Below are positions 40,423 to 49,961 of a DNA stretch of 64,000 nt, in pieces. The position numbers and the translations under genes are program-made. Every line of letters starts with the position of its first letter. Position 1 is the stretch's first letter. Source of the DNA: an uncultured archaeon (GTDB lineage: Archaea > Altiarchaeota > Altiarchaeia > IMC4 > SCGC-AAA252-I15); the NCBI GenBank assembly GCA_902384455.1, contig CABMCB010000004.1, forward strand, positions 1-64,000, read 5' to 3'. Under the pieces are notes generated by a model that saw nothing but the letters and a program-made list of their open reading frames with translations, did no database searches and was not told the origin of the DNA.

Positions 40423-41122
40423 GTCCAGTCCCTACTTGGGTAGGTGGGTAGATAGAGAGGTAGTAGTTGAGTATCCGGGCCTGGGTAATGATGTTGGAGT
40501 AGTAGTTCAAGGAGTAGAACTCCCTGAAACTCATACCGAGCTTGCTGCACTCGGCAAGGGTAATGTCTTCCAACTTCTTACCGCTTTTAAGGTACTTTGA
40601 AATGCCCACATGATACTTCTGCCAGCTACCAGGACCGCAGTTGTAGGTGATTAAGGTCACCACTCGGTTCTGGTACTCACTCTTAAACCCCCACTTGGTT
40701 GCTTTGATTTGGTTCGCCATATCAAGCCGGTAAGCGGCTTCAATAGAGAACCTGAAATCGTGCAGAAGTCTCCACTTGATTACAGAAAGCGGAATCTTCG
40801 GGTACATACCTGCAACAACATCAGCCTGCAGGCATTCAATACCGTAGCACGGTTCGTTGTTGTAGCGTCTACCAGCAATGGTAAACTCAGTACCAATCTC
40901 AGGCTTATAGCCGGATTCATGGCCAGTCTTGGCCATGTGCCAAAACATGCTCTGATGGTACTTCTTGCTGAACTCTCGGTTGGCGGCGATAATCTCTGCA
41001 ATTTGCCCAGGCTTCAACCTTGGGTTCCGTTTTTGGATGTAGATGTAGTACGGGTCGTAGGCCAGAACTGACTGAAAGAGGCCTACAAACAGCACCACAG
41101 CTAACAGCAGGGATTTCTTCAC
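40406..41122 (-). CDS. secreted protein (signal peptide)
   Basis: MKKSLLLAVVLFVGLFQSVLA signal; 238 aa. Confidence 0.5.
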   Translation of the reverse strand: MKKSLLLAVVLFVGLFQSVLAYDPYYIYIQKRNPRLKPGQIAEIIAANREFSKKYHQSMFWHMAKTGHESGYKPEIGTEFTIAGRRYNNEPCYGIECLQADVVAGMYPKIPLSVIKWRLLHDFRFSIEAAYRLDMANQIKATKWGFKSEYQNRVVTLITYNCGPGSWQKYHVGISKYLKSGKKLEDITLAECSKLGMSFREFYSLNYYSNIITQARILNYYLSIYPPTQVGTGHVQGR

Positions 41123-41200
41123 TTGTCCCCCGTTCTACGGGTTGTTTATTCTCACCTCAGTATACACCGTTTACCGAGGATTCTCACACCCCAAAACTCT

Positions 41201-41452
41201 TTATTTTCCCCACCCCACCAGGATAACAAACTCGACAAACTTACATCCCGGGTCGCAACAGGTGACTTTCTGGTGAACTGTGCCTACCAGACGTGGCGTA
41301 GTTGAAATGTGGTATGGAGGGCAGTTGATGGTGTTCAAATGCCCGTGGGGGCACCGGAAGAACACCGAGCTACGGGTCTTGGGACCATAGTAATCCCAAA
41401 CCAGAGGCTCTTTATCTTGCCTTGTCCTGGGTGAGAAGCGGAGCTTTTCCAC
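41201..41452 (-). CDS. small Cys/His-rich protein (83 aa)
   Basis: FFRCPHGH...CPPYH...CCDPGC; weak RBS. Confidence 0.3.
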   Translation of the reverse strand: MEKLRFSPRTRQDKEPLVWDYYGPKTRSSVFFRCPHGHLNTINCPPYHISTTPRLVGTVHQKVTCCDPGCKFVEFVILVGWGK

Positions 41453-41457
41453 GGAGC

Positions 41458-43404
41458 TTACTCAGATTCCACGGTTACCGTAAAGGGAGGGCTATCCTTA
41501 TAGCCTTTGAGAGCCTTCTCGAACTCTCCCGTCACGATACCCTTTTGAATCTCAGCAGCGAAGTCCTCGAAGTTATCAAACGCCCCAAAGTCCCAGGCGT
41601 CAACACCCTTCTTGACTTCCTTCTTGGCAGGCTTCGATTCCGCTTTCTTCTTCGGAGGAGCCTTCTCGGCAGCAGGAGGAACCGCTGCCGCTTCTTGAGC
41701 TTGCTGTTCGGCCAACTGCTCGGCCTGCTTGTCAGCCTGCTCAACCTGGAAGTCCTGACCCTGTTTCGTCTGCTCTTCAGTGAACTTCTGGGTCATTTCC
41801 AGGTTTTCCTTCTGACTCTTCGTCATCTGCTCAGCCACCTGAATTTGAGCGTAGACGCTGTTCAGAAGGATGTCCCCACCGTCAATGGGCGGCAGGTCGT
41901 TCTCAGCACGAACTTCATTAACCGTCTTGAAGTTCTTGAGCTCCTTCTCGTGGAGCTCAACTTGGTCCATTTCCGTCCCACCATCCAAGCCGACAAACAC
42001 CAGCTCATAGTTGGGGTCGAGATACCGCATAATCTCACGATTCATGCCGTTCTCGAAGAAAGTCAACAGGGGGACCAATCCCTTGTCACGGGAGGCCTTC
42101 AAACGCATTTCAGACTTGGATTCGAACACGGCTCCCTGGCCGTTATTCGACATCTGGGAGGAGAAGTTGATTTCTTCCGGAGCAATCTGGTAGACCGCGC
42201 AGGCCACCTTAATCAAGAAGTCATTGTACTTCGAGAACTCCATTTCACGGTTCGTCTGCTGCATGTTGATGAATTCAAGGCCACCTTCAGCAGCAACGAT
42301 AGGAGTACGCCACGCCCCAGTAATCCCAGCAAGCTGGGCCAGCCAGGCCTTCTTAAAGGCATCCATCTGCGTCTGGCTCATATTGGCCTTGACGTTCAGA
42401 ACACCCTTAGGGCTGGAGCCGCTGGAGAAGAATCGACGGTTGTATTCAGCAGCAAAGAGGATGGCCGTAACTGTCTGAATAAGCTGTTCCACCTCAGAAT
42501 AGCCATACCCAGCCACGTTGATTTCAGTACGAGGCCAAGCGACCATGAAGGCCATTTCGTCCTTGGTGTACTCACACACAATCTGGCCATTCATGACCTG
42601 GACGAACGCCTTCTCGTTGAGGGGTACATTCACCCGAGCCCACCCCTTACCACGGTCGTTGACCATTTGGGTATCAATGGAGTTCTTGATGGGGTTGGTG
42701 TCGTCGAAGAACTTACGGAGGGCAATACGAATAGTGGCGGAATCTACGGCTACGAACTCGTGGAGCTGCCCACCACGAGTGAACACACGTTCAAAGTTAC
42801 CCTGGTCAACAATCAGACGGTCGCGGGTTTCCTTACGGATGAACTGTTCAAAGTAATCCCGAGTATGGGCGGCATCGCCCTCCCCACAGTTAAGGATGAA
42901 TTCCTCATACCGCTGAGCTTTCTTACGCTCAGACTCCGACATTGCCTTGGTCTTGGAGGCACCCTTCTTCTGGACACGGAAACCGAGGGAATGCTTAGTC
43001 CGTGGAACCCGGCAGAAAGAGGACACTTGGTTGACACGAGTATTGACAATAGCAGAGAGAATCTGGCTCTGCTTCACCATTTCATGAAGGGTCTGGTAGG
43101 TCACCCCAGAAATCATCTGCTTATGGGTAAGGGTGTCCGTAAAGGTGAAGGGGTTGAAAAGGAAAGACTTTGGCTTGCCGTCGTGGACTGTCTCGGTCTG
43201 ACCGTCAACGGACTTCTGGAGGTTCTTAAGGGACTCCAAGAGCTCTGGTTCGGACAACCGGGGAATCTCGGTCGGAAGGTCATTTACGGCCTTTAAAAGC
43301 CGCTCTTGTTCTTCGGGTTTCTTAAATACCTGAGGAATCACCTCATTGGCGATTTCCTCAATGCGCTTTTTAGGAATCCCGGGATTCTCAAAGCTGGGAG
43401 GCAT
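41458..43404 (-). CDS. portal protein (putative)
   Basis: 648 aa, immediately downstream of the terminase large subunit, with a Lys/Glu-rich C-terminus; late motif upstream. Confidence 0.55.
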   Translation of the reverse strand: MPPSFENPGIPKKRIEEIANEVIPQVFKKPEEQERLLKAVNDLPTEIPRLSEPELLESLKNLQKSVDGQTETVHDGKPKSFLFNPFTFTDTLTHKQMISGVTYQTLHEMVKQSQILSAIVNTRVNQVSSFCRVPRTKHSLGFRVQKKGASKTKAMSESERKKAQRYEEFILNCGEGDAAHTRDYFEQFIRKETRDRLIVDQGNFERVFTRGGQLHEFVAVDSATIRIALRKFFDDTNPIKNSIDTQMVNDRGKGWARVNVPLNEKAFVQVMNGQIVCEYTKDEMAFMVAWPRTEINVAGYGYSEVEQLIQTVTAILFAAEYNRRFFSSGSSPKGVLNVKANMSQTQMDAFKKAWLAQLAGITGAWRTPIVAAEGGLEFINMQQTNREMEFSKYNDFLIKVACAVYQIAPEEINFSSQMSNNGQGAVFESKSEMRLKASRDKGLVPLLTFFENGMNREIMRYLDPNYELVFVGLDGGTEMDQVELHEKELKNFKTVNEVRAENDLPPIDGGDILLNSVYAQIQVAEQMTKSQKENLEMTQKFTEEQTKQGQDFQVEQADKQAEQLAEQQAQEAAAVPPAAEKAPPKKKAESKPAKKEVKKGVDAWDFGAFDNFEDFAAEIQKGIVTGEFEKALKGYKDSPPFTVTVESE

Positions 43405-43437
43405 TTCGTTTATCCTGGACTTGTTTTCTTCCTAAAA

Positions 43438-43455
43438 GCCCAAAATTTAGTGGGG
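43438..43455 (-). promoter_or_regulatory. late-gene motif CCCCACTAAATTTTGGGC (copy 5)
   Basis: 35 nt upstream of the portal start. Confidence 0.5.
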
Positions 43456-43460
43456 TTTCA

Positions 43461-45329
43461 TTAAAGAAACCAGGAAATATCCTGTGGAGGGGCTTCATCG
43501 GGGTTCTCCAGAGGGACGTAAGTATGACCTAAAACCTCGGGCGGGAACACAGGGAAATTCACCTTATTATCGTTGGGGTCAATCCCCGTAAAGATTCTAT
43601 CATCCATGAAGGTATAAATCATGTTCTCTTGGGCCTTTGCCAAACCCTCTGCAATGGCCCGGGTAATACCAATAGCTGAGTCTACCACGTCCTTGCTGTA
43701 GATGGGAAGGTGGTCAGGCTTCTTTCCATCCCAGACAATGCGCTCTGTCTCAAAGAGGAGCTTGGTGTGCTTAGGGTACCTTACAGCCCCCGCCCAAAGC
43801 ATGTTACGGTAAAGGACATAGTCCTTGGTATTGATGTTGTGCTTCTCAGAGTCCATGCCGTTACGAACGGCCTTTTCCAGGACATACTGAGACTGGTACT
43901 GGTCGTAGGAGATATAACGGCACCCCGTCATCCCTACCAAGCTTTCGATGACTTCGTCAACGTTCATATGGCTGACGACAGCTTGGTGTTTGAGGTCAGG
44001 CTCCCAAACCAGAATCTGGTCAATTACGATGATGTTTTTAATAGTCGTATTGACCGTTTTCCCCGTATCATCAACGAAAGTGGAGGCAATGTTACAGGGC
44101 TCCCCGTGTCCAATAACCACGGTTGTTGAGTCTCCTGAGATACTCAAGTCAACGTGGATAGCCCAAGCCCGTGTACGGTCAACTCGGGAAATGTTAGAGG
44201 CCAGAATACGCTTGATGACAAACTTCACCTTCTTGCCAGAAGCGTCCGTAATCTCCTGGATTTCATCCACTGTAGTGAGGAGCGGTTCAATGCTGTTATC
44301 AATAGCCGACTGAATGCGCTCGTCGTTGTAGAAGAATCGGTTGAGGATGATAGGAGGTACAGTACAGAACTTCATCCTCGAATTGAGAGGGTCCGTCTCG
44401 AAGTGGGTCTTGAACGAAATAGGGACGTCCCACTGCTCAAACCTGAACGTAGGCTCTCCGTTGTACCGAGGATTAAACTCCCAGGTACAGCCACGAACGC
44501 CCAACAGGATACCACCATCCCCCTTCTGGGAGTTCTCATACATGCGGATAGTGAAGTCGTCGACACGCCGAGGGAAGGAAATGATGACTCCCAGCCATGG
44601 GAGTTTACGGGATACGGCGGAGGTCAATAGGGTATTGTAGATGATTTCAGCCTTACCCACGTTGATGATTTCGTCTCCACTACGTACTGTTTCGAACTTG
44701 TCCTCGAACTCGGAAGCTTCGTCCATGCAGAAGAACAAGACATTGTAACCTTCGAAGTTACCAGCCTCGCTATGCAAGCTGTTGCAGCGGATGTTATTGG
44801 CTGTTTCAACGGCTGCGTCCGTAATACGCACTTCCATACGGGAACCACAAGAGCGGCGAAGAGGGGCCCCCCGGAAGCTGACTTTGAAGTTGTCGAGAAG
44901 CCACTTCCAGTTCTTGATACGGGAAGTGAACTTACTGAAGAAGATTTTACGGGCCTGTTGAGCTGTCGGGGCCACGTTCATGATGTCGATGTTTTCTTCT
45001 TGAGGGAAGTCGAAGTAGGCGTGGGGGTCCTTCATACACAGAAGAATGTAGAAGAGGTAGGCCTGAAGGACGGAGGTAACATAGTCCTTTCCAGAGCCCT
45101 TGCCCCACAGGAACACACCTACGCGCTTGACCCGGTCCATAGAAAAGACCTTGACAGGGTCATCCCCAATTAGTTGGAAAATAGCGTCGTATTGCCGAGG
45201 CGAAAGACCAGCCTGATGCAAATGTTCCTTAGACGTGACGAATTCTCGGAAGTGTACTGGTTTACACCAGTAATCCGCCCGCCACGTCTCAGTATCAGTG
45301 AATAGGATTTGGTCGATTAAGCCTGGCAC
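43461..45329 (-). CDS. terminase large subunit
   Basis: Walker A FLWGKGSGKDY, Walker B VLFFCMDEASE, C-terminal RNase-H-like nuclease region. Confidence 0.75.
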   Translation of the reverse strand: MPGLIDQILFTDTETWRADYWCKPVHFREFVTSKEHLHQAGLSPRQYDAIFQLIGDDPVKVFSMDRVKRVGVFLWGKGSGKDYVTSVLQAYLFYILLCMKDPHAYFDFPQEENIDIMNVAPTAQQARKIFFSKFTSRIKNWKWLLDNFKVSFRGAPLRRSCGSRMEVRITDAAVETANNIRCNSLHSEAGNFEGYNVLFFCMDEASEFEDKFETVRSGDEIINVGKAEIIYNTLLTSAVSRKLPWLGVIISFPRRVDDFTIRMYENSQKGDGGILLGVRGCTWEFNPRYNGEPTFRFEQWDVPISFKTHFETDPLNSRMKFCTVPPIILNRFFYNDERIQSAIDNSIEPLLTTVDEIQEITDASGKKVKFVIKRILASNISRVDRTRAWAIHVDLSISGDSTTVVIGHGEPCNIASTFVDDTGKTVNTTIKNIIVIDQILVWEPDLKHQAVVSHMNVDEVIESLVGMTGCRYISYDQYQSQYVLEKAVRNGMDSEKHNINTKDYVLYRNMLWAGAVRYPKHTKLLFETERIVWDGKKPDHLPIYSKDVVDSAIGITRAIAEGLAKAQENMIYTFMDDRIFTGIDPNDNKVNFPVFPPEVLGHTYVPLENPDEAPPQDISWFL

Positions 45330-45556
45330 TTTTTGGTCGCCGCCTTTTTCACCTTGGCTACAATCTTAGGACAGGCTACGGTAAGAACGAGTTTCGGCAC
45401 TTTACCTGCCTCAACTTCGAACTCTGCCTTCATTACGTTATGGATTTCAGTCTTGACCCCGTTCTCACTCACGTTGTAGACGTGGGTATTCAGGGAAGAC
45501 CCGTCGCACTCAACAACGACGTAGGGAGGTACGAACTTACCTTCTTTGAAGCTCAT
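45317..45556 (-). CDS. hypothetical small protein
   Basis: RBS AAAGGA before ATG 45556. Confidence 0.4.
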   Translation of the reverse strand: MSFKEGKFVPPYVVVECDGSSLNTHVYNVSENGVKTEIHNVMKAEFEVEAGKVPKLVLTVACPKIVAKVKKAATKKCQA

Positions 45557-45557
45557 G

Positions 45558-46247
45558 TTACTTATCCTTTTCACTCTCGAAGATATCTCGGAGAGTTACA
45601 GATTTACGAATGAGCTTGGCCAGCTCGGTGAAAAGAGCTTCCTTCAAGGAAGTATCCACGAGGATGTTATCCGCTGCTTGGCGGAACAGGACAAGGAATT
45701 CAGTGATGCGGTCAGCTCCGTCACCTGTACCCTTGATGTTGACAGACACTTCAGGTACACCGAGGCTCTTACTGAGTTCGATGAACTGAGCAAGACTCTG
45801 ACGCATTTTATCACGAGCCATGAGCATCATAGCCCGGTCTTTTGCGGAGTAGGAACTAGCAAGGTACTCGTCAGAGAGCGAGAGGTCGTCTGTGGCACTC
45901 TCGACAATAAGGTCCAGCATTTCCCGGTTCTTTTTTACGGTCCCAAGGAAACTGTCAAACCCCTCGCTACGAACAAGCGAAGTGGACTCGGTGGAACCTT
46001 GAGGAACAGAAAGGTCGGGAATCTGTAGGAGAGCTGAAGGAACTGCCCGCTGAAGGTGACGCCGATGGGAGAACAAAGCCATCGGCGTCAGGGGAAACGC
46101 CTTCTCTGCAAAGTGCCCACTGTACTTCGACAGGACATCAGCAAGCGGCATCTGTTCGAGAAGGTCTTTGTCGATTTCAGCGACAACCTTATCGTCCCGA
46201 TGCTGGCAAATGCGACATCTTGGAAGTTTCAGGTAGGAGTAGGCCAT
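45558..46247 (-). CDS. possible terminase small subunit (CxxC N-terminus)
   Basis: Position upstream of TerL; 229 aa. Assigned by position only. Confidence 0.35.
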   Translation of the reverse strand: MAYSYLKLPRCRICQHRDDKVVAEIDKDLLEQMPLADVLSKYSGHFAEKAFPLTPMALFSHRRHLQRAVPSALLQIPDLSVPQGSTESTSLVRSEGFDSFLGTVKKNREMLDLIVESATDDLSLSDEYLASSYSAKDRAMMLMARDKMRQSLAQFIELSKSLGVPEVSVNIKGTGDGADRITEFLVLFRQAADNILVDTSLKEALFTELAKLIRKSVTLRDIFESEKDK

Positions 46248-46249
46248 GC

Positions 46250-46720
46250 TTACTTCCTCTTGGGGAATACCGAGGTGATGTTCTTACAGATTTCCGCATA
46301 TACGGAAAACCTGTAAACCACCTTGTTTCTCCACCAGTACCCGAGCTTATACTTTGCCGAAACGTAGGGACAGGACATCACAGCTTTGTAAAGTATTTCC
46401 CTGTGCTCGAAGGTGGAGTCATTCTCAACCAGCTTGCTAGTAAGGTATAAGTCATCCATGCCTGTAAATTCCAAGTAGGTGCTCTTCTTACCAAAGTCCC
46501 ACATTCGCCAGCGTTGCTGGGACACCCTATAAGGGTGGGTTACTCGGAACCACCATTGCCCAACAACACTCTTCTGGAAAGACCGACGAATCCTCCAGGG
46601 GATTGCAAAAAAGTAGGCTTTAGTCCCTTCCCAAGCAGACTTAAAACTTACTTTAATCTGTAACCACTTAGCCCCAATGTAGTCCGAGGCAACCTTAAGA
46701 CACGCTTTAATCTTCTTCAT
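46250..46720 (-). CDS. hypothetical protein (Trp/Arg-rich)
   Basis: 156 aa. Confidence 0.45.
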   Translation of the reverse strand: MKKIKACLKVASDYIGAKWLQIKVSFKSAWEGTKAYFFAIPWRIRRSFQKSVVGQWWFRVTHPYRVSQQRWRMWDFGKKSTYLEFTGMDDLYLTSKLVENDSTFEHREILYKAVMSCPYVSAKYKLGYWWRNKVVYRFSVYAEICKNITSVFPKRK

Positions 46721-46723
46721 GGG

Positions 46724-47521
46724 TTACTCCTTGGGCGGTTTGGGCTTGTTCTTGGAACCTGCAGGACGTCCCCGACCGCGCTTCACAGCAACCCCAGTGA
46801 CTGGAGCCACAGGCTGTCCATCAACAGAAGCTTGGGCTTCCTTGCCCTTTGCTTCAGGAGCAGACTTCTCGACAGTCTCAACAGGCCGTTCAGGAACAGC
46901 GATGCCCTTCTTCCGCATGTTGAGAGCCGTAGCATCATCAACCATGATGATGTGGCCTTCCTTGTTACGCATAGCGACACGCCGCACGGTCTTGTGCTGG
47001 ACGAATTCCTTGACATCGTTGGGGTCCTGAGCTTCCCCAGGATGAGAGAACTTCGGGGTCAAAGCCTTCACCATATCCTTACCAAGAAGACCCTGCTCTG
47101 CAGAGGTGAATACGCCCAGGGTGTACTTACCTGCAGTGACACCATCATGAGCCTTGGCTTGGCTACGAACTTCGCTCAGGTTCTTCTTCGCCCTATCGAA
47201 TTCTACGGTGCGCTGCATGTCGTTCTGGATGTACTGCTCGGGCCGCTTCTTACCAGGCCACAATTCGCGGACTCCCTTGTAAACCATGACGAAGTTTCCG
47301 TCTTTGTCCTGGCTGGCAACGTAGGGAACGCACGGGCAGATGAGAGGGACTTGGTAAACGACGCCGTTGATGGACTTGGGGGCCACACTCTTGTACCCCG
47401 ACTTGCACTTCATGCAAGTGGTATCGCGTTCCTCAAAGATGAACCTGGAAAGTTCAATGAGGCTGCTGGTACCTACTGGCATTGCGTATCTTTTCTCGGA
47501 AGCTGGGTTTTGCTGAGTCAT
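46724..47521 (-). CDS. hypothetical protein with AT-hook-like basic tail
   Basis: C-terminus KRGRGRPAGSKNKPK. Confidence 0.45.
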   Translation of the reverse strand: MTQQNPASEKRYAMPVGTSSLIELSRFIFEERDTTCMKCKSGYKSVAPKSINGVVYQVPLICPCVPYVASQDKDGNFVMVYKGVRELWPGKKRPEQYIQNDMQRTVEFDRAKKNLSEVRSQAKAHDGVTAGKYTLGVFTSAEQGLLGKDMVKALTPKFSHPGEAQDPNDVKEFVQHKTVRRVAMRNKEGHIIMVDDATALNMRKKGIAVPERPVETVEKSAPEAKGKEAQASVDGQPVAPVTGVAVKRGRGRPAGSKNKPKPPKE

Positions 47522-47904
47522 TTGGTACTACCTTTCTTCGCGTTACGGCCCGTCAGGAGCCGCTTAATGTCTTGAAAAAACCACTTAAAACTGAGAAGGG
47601 TCTTACGGAACCACGAGGGCTCTTTCCAGATACGGAACCTATTCTTGTAATCAATAAGCTCCATATCCCTGTGGTTTACAAGGTCCTTGTCGTCAACGTC
47701 GATATAGGCAACCTTGTCCAAACAGATAATCCCGCTCATCTTCTTATCTGGTCCGTCGTACCAGAGCGTAAAGGTACGGTCCCTGACAGAGTTCAGCGCC
47801 AAAGACAGGTTAAGAATCTCAGCTTGGCTCAGAAGTAAATCTTTTTGAGAGCCACTCACCAAGTGTATTCTCACCAACCTGTAGGCGGTTAAGTCTTCTG
47901 GCAT
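47518..47904 (-). CDS. hypothetical protein
   Basis: Overlaps the 3' end of 47819..48409 by 86 nt, so the start is uncertain. Confidence 0.35.
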   Translation of the reverse strand: MPEDLTAYRLVRIHLVSGSQKDLLLSQAEILNLSLALNSVRDRTFTLWYDGPDKKMSGIICLDKVAYIDVDDKDLVNHRDMELIDYKNRFRIWKEPSWFRKTLLSFKWFFQDIKRLLTGRNAKKGSTK

Positions 47905-48409
47905 CTTCCTTACTCCTCCGAATGCTCTTGATATTCAGGTACGGAATATCCTCAAAAGCTTTCAGGTACGGTCGAAGTTTCGACTTCGGCCCCATTGCCT
48001 CGTCCAGCGTGATTTTGGACGACTGCAACCACCTTTGCGCGGTGGATGGCTGGATTCCAAACTCGGTGGCGATGTCCTTCAAGGCTTTAAGCTCCACGTA
48101 GTGTAGGAGCAAGCACTTGAACTTGTCTGGCGTGAGAACCTTTACAGCGAACCTTAAAAACTCAACGTAGTTCATCTTGTAATGGTAGGTGTAGACTGCC
48201 CGAATCTTACGGGAAATCACCTTCCGACGCCTTACGACTTCGCACGGAGGGAGCTCAAGGAGTTCTGCGATTTCCTTAGTACGACGGCGCTTTAGCGCCA
48301 GGGAAATAAAGTCACTCTCCAACGGGGTCAGATAGCTACTGGAAATAGCTAAGAGAACTTCGTGGGAGACTTCCCTCACATCGTCGGAAATCTCAAGCAG
48401 GGTGCTCAT
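47819..48409 (-). CDS. sigma-factor region-4-like HTH protein (transcription regulator)
   Basis: LKDIATEFGIQPSTAQRWL and TKEIAELLELPPCEVVRRR resemble sigma70 region 4; late motif upstream. Confidence 0.5.
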   Translation of the reverse strand: MSTLLEISDDVREVSHEVLLAISSSYLTPLESDFISLALKRRRTKEIAELLELPPCEVVRRRKVISRKIRAVYTYHYKMNYVEFLRFAVKVLTPDKFKCLLLHYVELKALKDIATEFGIQPSTAQRWLQSSKITLDEAMGPKSKLRPYLKAFEDIPYLNIKSIRRSKEDARRLNRLQVGENTLGEWLSKRFTSEPS

Positions 48410-48477
48410 TAGAGCCCAGCTCGTTTAGGTTGTAAAAGTCTTTCCCTGGTACTGAAGCGCACTGTGCACTCTCCTAA

Positions 48478-48493
48478 CCCCAAAATTTAGGGG
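48478..48493 (-). promoter_or_regulatory. late-gene motif CCCCTAAATTTTGGGG (copy 6)
   Basis: Perfect match to copy 3; upstream of gene 47819..48409. Confidence 0.5.
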
Positions 48494-49002
48494 TTATCAC
48501 GAGAACTGGTCGAAAGGTGCGGAATAGCAACCCAGCGCTTCACCACCCGGTTGGGAAGCTGTACTGCAATCTGGGCCATAAGAGCCTTCTTTCGAAGCAC
48601 CTTTCCGGAAAAGCCTCCAAGGATTCCTTCGGTCACACGAACCGCCTGTCCGACTGAAATCCTGCTCTTCTTGAGAAGAACCTTCTTCCTGAAAGCTTTA
48701 ACTTGAGAGTCAGGAATAGAAGGAGGAAGGCCTTTCTGGTTTACGTTGAAGAATTCTCCAACCCGCCTTGACTTAATCAACTTGACAATTTCGACCAGCT
48801 TCTTGTCATTCACTCTGATAAGTACATACCCTTCAAGGAGTGAATCTTCCTTTTCGTCGATGTCCAAGTTGTCTTTCTTGAACTCGAAGATAAGGACTTC
48901 TTTTAAATCGCCCGACTTCGGGTTGTATCCGCCCTTCTTAAGTTCCGCCATAAAGGCGTCTTTGGAAGAGACAGAGCTTTGAATTGCGTACCACTTGTAC
49001 AT
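48487..49002 (-). CDS. NusG-like transcription factor (NGN plus KOW)
   Basis: N-terminal KWYAIQSSVS (compare NusG RWYVVQ) and KOW motif GQAVRVTEGILGGFSGKV. Confidence 0.6.
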   Translation of the reverse strand: MYKWYAIQSSVSSKDAFMAELKKGGYNPKSGDLKEVLIFEFKKDNLDIDEKEDSLLEGYVLIRVNDKKLVEIVKLIKSRRVGEFFNVNQKGLPPSIPDSQVKAFRKKVLLKKSRISVGQAVRVTEGILGGFSGKVLRKKALMAQIAVQLPNRVVKRWVAIPHLSTSSRDNP

Positions 49003-49017
49003 AGAAAACCTCGGGTG

Positions 49018-49629
49018 TTAAATCAGCTTCTTAAACTCCGTACCCTTTGCAGTTTTCACAAGAGAATATCCGTTGGTAGCTACTTCCAAGAAGGCGTGTT
49101 GGTGGGTTACAAGGAGGAATCTCATGTTCAACTGTTCGGACAAAGACTTTAACAACATTGCCACCTTAGGCACGTACTCAGAAGACACGTGCGAAAAGGA
49201 CTCGTCCAAGAACATGATGGGCTCACGTTGAGGCCTGATAGAAGCCAGCATCAGAGCCTTCAAAACGAACGCCACAACGTCAACCACCCCTCCACCACAA
49301 CTTGTCATGATGTCCAGCTCAAGACCGTCGTTCTGCAGGAGCTTGAACTTGGTGAGTACCTTCTTCTCGGCAGACACCTCGATGACAAACTTGTAGTCGA
49401 ACCCAAACACTTCCTTCACAGCCATCGTAACGACCCTTTCGAACATTTCGATGGTTGCTTTCTTCTTCTGTTCCCCAATCCGTTTCAGTGTCTCCCCGGC
49501 CTGCTCCAAGACCTTCATCTGTTCCTGCAAACCCTGCAACTCAGTTCGAGACTTATCCAACAAAGCCTTGTTGGCCTTGACGTCGTAAGCCATAGACTGG
49601 ATTTTAGCTTCAAGCTCAGCGAGGGGCAT
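49018..49629 (-). CDS. Rad50/SbcC-like ATPase, C-terminal lobe (split gene product)
   Basis: Signature-like TSCGGG, Walker B IMFLDES, H-loop LLVTHQ. Confidence 0.65.
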   Translation of the reverse strand: MPLAELEAKIQSMAYDVKANKALLDKSRTELQGLQEQMKVLEQAGETLKRIGEQKKKATIEMFERVVTMAVKEVFGFDYKFVIEVSAEKKVLTKFKLLQNDGLELDIMTSCGGGVVDVVAFVLKALMLASIRPQREPIMFLDESFSHVSSEYVPKVAMLLKSLSEQLNMRFLLVTHQHAFLEVATNGYSLVKTAKGTEFKKLI

Positions 49630-49961
49630 TAAAGTTCGTCCACCATACCTTTAGGGGGTTCTTGAGCAACTTCAATGGGAGGTAGAGCCGAGGCTGCTTT
49701 CCCATTCAGTTTGTCCTCGACCAACTTAGCAGCAATCTCTGCAGCGGCGATGGATTTGTCCAAACGCTCACTTGCAGACTTAATGTTCAGTTCCATCTTT
49801 TCGATAGAGGCTTTAAGGTCCCCTACGTTGGCCAGTCCTAAAGACTTGAGCTCGGCCAGGAACCGCTCTCTCTTCGTCTCGTTGTCTGCCTTTTGTGACT
49901 TAAAGAATTCCATCTTACCCTTCAGAGTGACAAGTTTGCTGGCAATCTCTTGATTATCCAT
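49629..49961 (-). CDS. coiled-coil protein (possible Rad50 return coiled-coil segment)
   Basis: 110 aa heptad-rich; TAATG overlap with the downstream ATPase lobe. Confidence 0.45.
   Translation of the reverse strand: MDNQEIASKLVTLKGKMEFFKSQKADNETKRERFLAELKSLGLANVGDLKASIEKMELNIKSASERLDKSIAAAEIAAKLVEDKLNGKAASALPPIEVAQEPPKGMVDEL

Noticed and set aside
41123-41230. CCCCAAAACTCTTTATTTTCCCC element upstream of the secreted-protein gene.
   Set aside because: It resembles the late motif only loosely, and a sigma70-like -10 (TATACT) is nearby. It may simply be a conventional promoter region.
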